From assembly GCF_001194135.2 (NCBI RefSeq), contig NC_068991.1, forward strand, positions 16,406,439 to 16,447,721: DNA of 41,283 nucleotides, given 5' to 3'. The DNA is from Octopus bimaculoides. Lineage: Eukaryota. The notes below the pieces were generated by a model. It made no database searches. It worked only from the letters and a program-made list of their open reading frames with translations, and was not told the DNA's origin. A program made the position numbers and the translations under genes. Each line of letters opens with the position of its first letter. Within the stretch, counting starts at the first letter, position 1. This document shows positions 33,438-41,283 of the stretch, one piece after another.

Positions 33438-33656
33438 AGCCTGTGCATGTGTTATTATTGGCGTAATGACCCTCTCAATACACAACGAAATATGTTTCAA
33501 CGCACGAATTCACGTCAAAAGCTTTGCAAACCAAATACAAAAACGAAATAAAAATTGCCAAATTATATTGATAATAATAATTCAGCGCCCTAAATGCTCA
33601 AAATCCTTCCACAGCTACATCGACTCCTGAGAGTCAATACTAACCCCTTGTCTTAA

Positions 33657-33800
33657 GCAAAGGCGGTGAATGATAGAATCGGTAAAGTTGCGGACAAAAG
33701 AAGTAGCGGTATTTAGTTGTGTTTCTTCATGCTCCGAGTTCGCGTCACGCCGGAATCATCCTCACGTTTCATCTCCATTGTTTCATAAATTTATGATCTT
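33657..33800 (+). mobile_element. Old degenerate SINE family A
   Basis: AAGGCGGTGAATGATAGAATCGG..TAGCGGTATTT..GAGTTC. Confidence 0.55.
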
Positions 33801-33854
33801 TGTATCTGTGTTAGAAACCAACAGATTTATTTGACAACTATTCTAGTGTTTATG

Positions 33855-34007
33855 AGGGCACGTGGCCAAATGGTTAGGGTGTTTGACTGAAGACCATTAG
33901 GTCGTAAGTTCGAATCCTAGACCGAGTGTGACATTGAGCCTTGCCCTTGTGCAAGGCACTTTATTTCACACTAATCTAGCCTACTTAACCGAAATTAGTA
34001 CCAGCCA
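33855..34007 (+). mobile_element. tRNA-head CORE-like SINE fragment
   Basis: GTGGCCAAATGGTTAGGG..GTTCGAATCC..CCCTTGTGCAAGGCACTTTATTTCAC. Confidence 0.7.
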
Positions 34008-34104
34008 CCACCACCATCATCAAAATCATCATCATCCGAACCATTGTCATCAGCGTCACCATCACCACCGCCGCCGCCACCACCAGAAAGCCTCAACAGG
34101 ATAA

Positions 34105-34285
34105 TTTAATTTGCTAGAAGTAGTAGCCAAATCTCCCTTAAATCACACTGTTTTTCTTTAAAAAAGGAACATTAGATGATGTAGTTGTACATACTGTACT
34201 TCTAAGAAGACGGGCTGGTCATAGCTGGAGCGCCTTTTGTTATAGATCTGTCCTATCAGGATTGACCTGGGTCTAAATAACAACA
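34105..34285 (-). mobile_element. Family C repeat
   Basis: GCTAGAAGTAGTAGCCAAATCTCCCTTAAATCACAC...GGTCATAGCTGGAGCGCCTTT..GACCTGGGTCTAAA. Confidence 0.75.
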
Positions 34286-34289
34286 AAAA

Positions 34290-34638
34290 ACTATAATCCA
34301 CACCAACTGCTATCACCAAAACAACCATCATAACAATCACCATAGCAACCGCCATAACAACCACTGCTTGAATAACACTTCGTCGTCATTTTTAATTTCC
34401 TCTTTCTCCTCCTCATCCTCAGCCTTCTACCCTTTCTCCACCCTCCTCTTTGTCTGCTCACCCCCCCCCGATCTTTCGCCTTATGGATCATCGTCGTCGT
34501 CATCATCATCGTCATCACTATTGTTGTCACCACCACCATTCGCCTCCTCTTCTTCGTCTTCTTCCTCTTCGTCGCCGTCACTACCACGACCACCACTACC
34601 TCTGCTGCCACCATCGTCGTCGTCGTCGTCATCATCAT
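34290..34638. repeat. (CAT)/(CGT)/(CTT)/(CAC) trinucleotide low-complexity tract
   Basis: Direct observation. Confidence 0.9.
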
Positions 34639-35289
34639 NNNNNNNNNNNNNNNNNNNNNNNNNNNNNNNNNNNNNNNNNNNNNNNNNNNNNNNNNNNNNN
34701 NNNNNNNNNNNNNNNNNNNNNNNNNNNNNNNNNNNNNNNNNNNNNNNNNNNNNNNNNNNNNNNNNNNNNNNNNNNNNNNNNNNNNNNNNNNNNNNNNNNN
34801 NNNNNNNNNNNNNNNNNNNNNNNNNNNNNNNNNNNNNNNNNNNNNNNNNNNNNNNNNNNNNNNNNNNNNNNNNNNNNNNNNNNNNNNNNNNNNNNNNNNN
34901 NNNNNNNNNNNNNNNNNNNNNNNNNNNNNNNNNNNNNNNNNNNNNNNNNNNNNNNNNNNNNNNNNNNNNNNNNNNNNNNNNNNNNNNNNNNNNNNNNNNN
35001 NNNNNNNNNNNNNNNNNNNNNNNNNNNNNNNNNNNNNNNNNNNNNNNNNNNNNNNNNNNNNNNNNNNNNNNNNNNNNNNNNNNNNNNNNNNNNNNNNNNN
35101 NNNNNNNNNNNNNNNNNNNNNNNNNNNNNNNNNNNNNNNNNNNNNNNNNNNNNNNNNNNNNNNNNNNNNNNNNNNNNNNNNNNNNNNNNNNNNNNNNNNN
35201 NNNNNNNNNNNNNNNNNNNNNNNNNNNNNNNNNNNNNNNNNNNNNNNNNNNNNNNNNNNNNNNNNNNNNNNNNNNNNNNNNNNNNNNNN

Positions 35290-35532
35290 TATATGTATGT
35301 GTGTGTATATGTTTGTGTGTCTGTGTTTGTCCCCACCCCCCAACATCGCTTGACGACCGATGGTAGTGTGTTTACGTCCCCGTAACTTAGCAGTTCGGCA
35401 AAAGAGACCGATAGAATAAGTACTAGGCTTACAAAGCATAAGTCCTGGGGTCGAATTGCTCGACTAAAAAGGCGGTGCTCCAGCATGGCCGCAGTCAAAT
35501 GACTGAAACAAGTAAAACAGAGTAAAAGAGAG
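35290..35532 (+). mobile_element. SINE family B, 3' half
   Basis: Near-identical to 32660-32858. Confidence 0.9.
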
Positions 35533-35539
35533 TATTGTC

Positions 35540-37090
35540 ACCATTAATATCATCGCTAAAATCCATTTCGTTTATCATCATTATTAGTTTCATTTTCGCC
35601 ATCATTATCATTAACACTGCATGATCGTTATCACAATCACAATCGTCATTATCATCACTATCATCATTATCATCGTCGTATTCATTGCTATCAGTCTCAA
35701 CATGAACATAACAATAAACAACCATCACCTCTACCACCACGACCGTCACCACCAAAACCACTACCATCGAAACTATTACCACTGACATAATTATTACTAA
35801 TCTTCATACACCACCATCGGCGCCACCAGCATCACCAAAACCATCACAGCTGACTCTACGATTCCGCCATCACCACCATCTCCTCCGTTTCATCTCAGAC
35901 TCAGCCCCACCCGTCCCCCCTTTCCTTTCACCATTATCAATTCAAGCTTCATAAACAAACATTATCACACCCACTGTTGTCATTACAATCTCATGCAAAC
36001 ATTATCATTCATATATCATCATTATCAATCATCACCGTTTTCTTCTTCTACCTCTTCCTCCTCCACCTTATCATCATCATTGTCATCGTCATCATCATCA
36101 TCATCATCGTCATCATCATCGTCATCGTCATCATCATCGTCATCGTCATCATCATCACCATCGTCATCATCATTTCCCTCATCATCATCATCACCATTTT
36201 CTTCTTCTACCTCTTCCTCCTCATCCCTATCCTCCTCATCATCATCATCATCACCACTGCCACGATCGTCATCACCATCTTCATGACTCATCATCGTCAT
36301 CATCATCATCGCTACCGTTGCCATGGTCATCGTCATCGTCATCATCATCATCACCATCATCATCTTCACTGTCATGATGATGATGATGATGAAGATGTTG
36401 ATGATTTTTAGGACCACTATCGACCAGGACCACGTGACCAACAACACAGTCGTTATCACCACCACCACCACCACCAATAACAACAATGACGACAACAACA
36501 CTAACAACGGAAACAACAACAGTACGATCTACATCACTATCTCTACCACCACCACCACCACCACCATGATAAATACCATCATCTCTAACGCCAGCCCCAC
36601 CCTTACCAACACCGCCACCACTACCTCAACACCCCCNNNNNNNNNNNNNNNNNNNNNNNNNNNNNNNNNNNNNNNNNNNNNNNNNNNNNNNNNNNNNNNN
36701 NNNNNNNNNNNNNNNNNNNNNNNNNNNNNNNNNNNNNNNNNNNNNNNNNNNNNNNNNNNNNNNNNNNNNNNNNNNNNNNNNNNNNNNNNNNNNNNNNNNN
36801 NNNNNNNNNNNNNNNNNNNNNNNNNNNNNNNNNNNNNNNNNNNNNNNNNNNNNNNNNNNNNNNNNNNNNNNNNNNNNNNNNNNNNNNNNNNNNNNNNNNN
36901 NNNNNNNNNNNNNNNNNNNNNNNNNNNNTGTCACCATCACCACCCCACCCATCGCCAACCACAAATACCTCACCACCACCACCATAAATACTACAACCAC
37001 AAATACCATCACCTCCACCCCACCCACCCCACTCAACTGCGACCATCCCCCACCACTACCCCTTCCAGCACCATCCTCATCACCCATCCA
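35540..37090. repeat. Long (CAT)n/(CAC)n/(CAA)n degenerate trinucleotide array
   Basis: Direct observation; includes gap 36637-36928. Confidence 0.9.
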
Positions 37091-37229
37091 CTAAGCCTTA
37101 TCAACGTAATCTATCTATAGAAGAAGTTACACAAACATTTACCAGTTTCCTCTATACAGTTACTCCATTGTTGACAGTATATCTTCACATCTGCTTTTAC
37201 ACCGACTCCATTATATACACACAGTCATA

Positions 37230-37275
<46 letters not shown>

Positions 37276-38040
37276 CAGAGAGAGAGACACGTAAGCATAC
37301 AGGTCTCACATATGTATGTGCACCGCATATATACGCACGCATATATGTATGTATACGTAGGCAAACATTCACACACACAGACATATATTTATGTATGTGT
37401 ATATATTTATATATCTGTTGTGCATGATAATGTGTGTCTCTGTGTGTATTGAGAGAGGAGGGGGAGGAAGAGAGAGAAGAAGAATGACAGAAAAAGAGAA
37501 ATGTATATATATATATATATATATACACACATAAATATATAGATTTATACACACACACATATATATACATATATATGTGTACACACATATATATGCATAT
37601 ATNNNNNNNNNNNNNNNNNNNNNNNNNNNNNNNNNNNNNNNNNNNNNNNNNNNNNNNNNNNNNNNNNNNNNNNNNNNNNNNNNNNNNNNNNNNNNNNNNN
37701 NNNNNNNNNNNNNNNNNNNNNNNNNNNNNNNNNNNNNNNNNNNNNNNNNNNNNNNNNNNNNNNNNNNNNNNNNNNNNNNNNNNNNNNNNNNNNNNNNNNN
37801 NNNNNNNNNNNNNNNNNNNNNNNNNNNNNNNNNNNNNNNNNNNNNNNNNNNNNNNNNNNNNNNNNNNNNNNNNNNNNNNNNNNNNNNNNNNNNNNNNNNN
37901 NNNNNNNNNNNNNNNNNNNNNNNNNNNNNNNNNNNNNNNNNNNNNNNNNNNNNNNNNNNNNNNNNNNNNNNNNNNNNNNNNNNNNNNNNNNNNNNNNNNN
38001 NNNNNNNNNNNNNNNNNNNNNNNNNNNNNNNNNNNATGTA

Positions 38041-38086
<46 letters not shown>

Positions 38087-38229
38087 TATATATATATATC
38101 CATGGCCGTTTTTAGCAACAAACAAATACACACGTGCTGTATATACAACGCCTTTTTATAGTTTTCCAAACAAAAGCTTGGAAGTGCTAATACAACACAC
38201 AAACACGCTATTACTCACAAACACGTGTG

Positions 38230-38231
<2 letters not shown>

Positions 38232-38307
<76 letters not shown>

Positions 38308-38461
38308 GCGCGCGGGTGAAAGAAAGATAAACTGGGACTATGTCCTACCACTACCCCACGAACAGTGAGTGTATAAAGCGACTGCACAGTGAAAAACATT
38401 GTACACTATGTTGGTGACTCCATCAGTAACACATCAACAAGTTTATATATATATATGTATG

Positions 38462-38495
<34 letters not shown>

Positions 38496-38535
38496 TGTAT
38501 GTATGTATGTATGTATGTATGTATGTATGTATGTG
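38232..38535. repeat. (TG)n 38232-38305 and (GTAT)n 38455-38535
   Basis: Direct observation. Confidence 0.9.
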
Positions 38536-38539
38536 ATCT

Positions 38540-38850
38540 GCAGAGAAATCTAAAATCGTTCATATCATCACAACTCCTCATTCTGTCACTGGCTCTGGGA
38601 AAACGACACTGCACTTCCGGAGTACGTTTGGAAATCGAAGAACAAAAGAGAGACCTCCAACACCGAATGTATGAGATATGGTAAAGGTTTTTTGATAACT
38701 GAACAATGTCCTGCGATTTCTGTTGCCTCACAGAGAAGTTACTCATTATGTGCTAGACCGCTGCAATTTTAAATATAGACTTTTAATTAATTTCGACTTG
38801 CCGACACGGGCACAAATTCTTGCTTGAGAATTTCCAAGATGAGTCTCTGA
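38540..38850 (+). pseudogene. Penelope-like element GIY-YIG endonuclease C-terminus, decayed
   Basis: RSYHHNSSFCH..ENDTALPEYVWKSK.. / CDFCCLTEKLLIM..ILN..LISTCRHGHKFLLENF matches the PLE endonuclease pattern H..SF..N.T.LS.YVW..C.LCL.EKL.I..LN..E..S.CRH..KF. Confidence 0.8.
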
Positions 38851-39070
38851 TACAAGCGATGTTTCACTACGCTTGCACCTGAAGTCATCACATTGCTTCC
38901 TGTTGTGTCGACGCCCCCAAGCGAAGAAGTAGGCTCGACCAAGACATATAAATAGAGTTAGTCTGACCGTGGTAGGAGTCGACTGACTGTGGACTGACAG
39001 TTGAGTAGCTGACGAGGAGCAGTCGTGTAGCCGTCGAGTAGAGATCATCCGAAGGTGCTAGATAACAGTA
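38851..39070 (+). mobile_element. Putative PLE pseudo-LTR with TATA box and decayed HHR
   Basis: CATATAAATAG 38945-38955; TAG-CTGACGA-GGA...TCC-GAAG-GTG-CTA 39006-39060, directly after the endonuclease stop region. Confidence 0.5.
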
Positions 39071-39345
39071 GCTTGAGACATAACACTTCTAAACTAGCAA
39101 GATTTATTTCAAGATTTCTAGTCAATAGAGAAACAGCCCACTTCTAACCTGTATCCAAAGTTCCTTCAATGGAATTTCTACAACATCAACAGGCATGTGT
39201 TCACACAGAGACACCTCAAATGGAGAATCTCTGAAATATTTTACAAATTTTCCCTGTTCTTTTGATCGATTGTATCTACAGAATGCGAATCAGTTTGGTC
39301 TTTTACGTTCGTATGTATATATGCATGTATGCCTGTATACGTATC

Positions 39346-39510
39346 GTTCTATATTTAAGAGATGAGGAATTATGTACATTATTTAGACAATTTATATTTG
39401 ACGGATATTTGTCCTCATCTTTGTTGCTAACACAACGTTTCGGCTGATATACCCTCCAGCCTTCATCAGGTGTCTTGGGTAAATTTCGAACCTGGGTTCT
39501 CATTCCTAAG
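39346..39510 (-). mobile_element. Short non-autonomous HHR-bearing element (retrozyme/PLE-like)
   Basis: Homologous to 29846-30056; same 3' end CCTCATCTCTTAAATATAGAAC. Confidence 0.8.
39429..39474 (-). ncRNA. Intact minimal type I hammerhead ribozyme with an extra A after A9
   Basis: GACAC-CTGATGA-A-GGCTG(GAGGGTATAT)CAGCC-GAAA-CGTT|GTGTT; palindromic ACGT stem III; predicted cleavage between 39434 and 39433. Confidence 0.8.
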
Positions 39511-39571
39511 TTGACCTAGCTGCGATTGATCAAGTCCCACCTTGCATTCAGATAAATCCTTTGCATCCCAT

Positions 39572-39647
39572 GGGCATATGGCGTAGTGGTTAAAGAGCGC
39601 GGGCTACTAACCCCAAAATTCCAAGTTCGATTCCAGGCAGTGACCTG
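39572..39647 (+). mobile_element. tRNA-like short SINE head (not a functional tRNA)
   Basis: TGGCGTAGTGG A box and GTTCGATTCC B box; acceptor stem does not close. Confidence 0.7.
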
Positions 39648-39734
39648 CCTCAAAATAGACCTCAACATACATACGCATACAAAGCTTGCTCTGAAATATC
39701 AATTAATCCACACATATTTACTCGAATAAACATA

Positions 39735-39952
39735 CGAACGGGTGTTGAAAAGTTCCTGGCTTCAAGGGTATCTCGAAAGGCCTGATTGGAGCTCTAACCT
39801 TCCAAGTTCTTTTACAGGGCTTAGAAAAACTAAAGGACCGCTGCAATAAATGTGTGAATCTGGGAGGGGAATATGTTGAATAAATTCATAATTAACTGAT
39901 CCCCCCTGTATTTTCTTTTACCCAAAGCCAGGAACTTTTCAACGATCTCTCG
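39735..39952 (+). mobile_element. Internally deleted mariner element (MITE) with TA TSD
   Basis: TA|CGAACGGGTGTTGAAAAGTTCCTGGCTT ... AAGCCAGGAACTTTTCAACGATCTCTCG|TA; internal GLEKLKDRCNKCVNLGGEYVE* is a mariner C-terminus. Confidence 0.9.
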
Positions 39953-40242
39953 TACATGCGTATATAGTTGTGTGAGCATTAATACAACCTTACTGTTGAG
40001 TAAAATATATTTCCAACATTTTGGTAAGTAGAACTTCCAAATCTAAAATTAAAAGATTGGTTAAAAACCGAGGAAGGTAGTGACGCGGAATGATTTTTAT
40101 AATTATTGTAAATGGCGATGAAATACCTGTCAAGAACTAGAGTACCTGTTGTACTTTATTATTGGCTGCTGATTGCATAGAGTACATGTGTTATATTATT
40201 CGGTGGTGGGTGTATAGAGTGCCCGTTAATGATTGTATAGGG

Positions 40243-40668
40243 CAAAGGTCCCCAACTATCAGTACCGGTCCGTGGATCATTTGTTACTGGACTGCAAAGA
40301 AATAAGCGGTGCTTTCTGCAGTTGTAATAAGCAAAACAAAGTTACGAAGTAGACTAGACATAAGGAACACACTTCAAGGGTCATTGTCTCCCATTACACC
40401 CAGATGGGCCGTCTCGTTGCAGGGAAATTAGCTCAAGGCTCCCACTGATTCTAAATCACGGTGAGTTGATATTGATGTGATAATAGTGTAATAGGTATTG
40501 ATTCAGGGAAACTAAGCTCGCAAGTGTGTGGCCAGGCTGGAGCCCAGAAATGAGAGTCAAAAGATTATACACTTGCTTTCTTTATTGAATTACACATATG
40601 TGCCACTATAGGAGGATATTGTCCGGCAAGAAACCAGTCCGTGGTATAAAAAAGGCCGGAGATCACTG
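40243..40668 (+). mobile_element. hAT/Charlie deletion derivative resembling MER1/Charlie3, perfect 8-bp TSD
   Basis: TSD GTATAGGG 40235-40242 / 40669-40676; ends CAAAGGTCCCCAAC / GGCCGGAGATCACTG; internal KTKLRSRLDIRNTLQGSLSPITPRW(fs)RLVAGKLAQGSH*. Confidence 0.88.
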
Positions 40669-40677
40669 GTATAGGGT

Positions 40678-41038
40678 GTGTGTGTGTTGACACTCCGTCG
40701 CTTACGACATCAAGGGTTCCAGTTGATCCGACCAACGGAACAGCCTGCTCGTGAAATTAACGTGCACGTGGCTGAGCACTCCACAGACACGTGTACACTT
40801 AACGTAGTTCTCGGGGATATTCAGCGTGACACAGTGTGACAAGGCTGGCCCTTTGAATTACAGTGAGAGAAAGTTGTGGTGAAAGAGTACAGCAGGGTTC
40901 GCCACCATCCCCTGCCGGAGCCTCGTAGAGGTTTAGGTGTTTTCGCTCAATAAACACTCACAACGCCCGGTCTAGGAATCGAAACCGCGATCCTATGACC
41001 GCGAGTCCGCTGCCCTAACCACTGGGCCATTGCGCCTC
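40678..41038 (-). mobile_element. SINE family D, full length, 14-bp TSD
   Basis: TSD CACTGGTATAGGGT 40664-40677 / 41039-41052; head GGAGGCGCAATGGCCCAGTGGTTAGGG..GGTTTCGATTCC; (CA)n tail. Confidence 0.95.
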
Positions 41039-41283
41039 CACTGGTATAGGGTACATGCAGCATTATTATTGAGTGGTGATCATATGGAGTAGGTATTGTT
41101 TGCTACGTGAAGGGAGTGTGTTGTATGAATTGTCCTACTGAATTAAAATTGTTTTGTGCAGGATGTGAAATGTAGCTAGTAAGGCTGTCTTTTAAAACTA
41201 TGCGTGGAGTTTCGAAACCTGGAATGGTTTTGTTGCTTTTTTTTAATTCTTCATTTTTTCTTTTCATTTTTTTTTTTTTTGTT

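Noticed and set aside
35977-36519. Poly-Ser, poly-Asp, poly-Ile/His ORFs
   Set aside because: All frames are by-products of a (CAT)n array; no splice or domain context
1385-38330. Long ORFs (300-455 aa) in the supplied track
   Set aside because: They are runs of X across N gaps flanked by microsatellite translations (YI, HT, VC); no coding evidence
38400-38430. CTGATGG-AGTCAC..GTGTAC on the minus strand
   Set aside because: A9 and GAAA are missing
39282-39310. Possible 29-nt micro-exon (TACAG|...|GTATGT)
   Set aside because: The donor lies in a (GTAT) microsatellite-like tract; no independent support
39572-39647. tRNA gene
   Set aside because: A and B boxes present but no closing acceptor stem; best read as a SINE head, as are the other tRNA-like segments

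Overview
Eukaryotic, AT-rich, repeat-dominated window from a fragmented short-read assembly (about 6.8 kb of N in 15 gaps). The repeat families resemble those I recall from octopod cephalopods (Octopus); this is recognition from memory, not a database result. There is no complete protein-coding gene, rRNA, true tRNA or CRISPR array, and almost all supplied ORFs are gap or microsatellite artefacts. The window holds several tRNA-derived SINE families (about 35 copies or fragments), decayed L1/Tx1-, RTE- and Penelope-type retroelement fragments, a mariner transposase pseudogene, mariner and hAT MITEs, and many micro/minisatellites. One probable host coding exon (type II transmembrane segment ending at a GTAAG donor, 26871-27096) is present. 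The most interesting signal is a set of sequence-unrelated minimal type I hammerhead ribozyme (HHR) motifs in small Penelope-like, retrozyme-like elements. One pair sits in a perfect 201-bp palindrome with an HHR on each strand, one family is shown mobile by a TSD-flanked inverted insertion into a SINE, and several PLE-like elements share a CCC-(TA)n terminus. Also notable: a TSD-flanked hAT element resembling primate MER1/Charlie3, a mirror-symmetric TATA/CCAAT bidirectional promoter-like block, and two contigs that appear swapped in the scaffold (28066-31671). Most repeat boundaries are approximate (about 10 bp).
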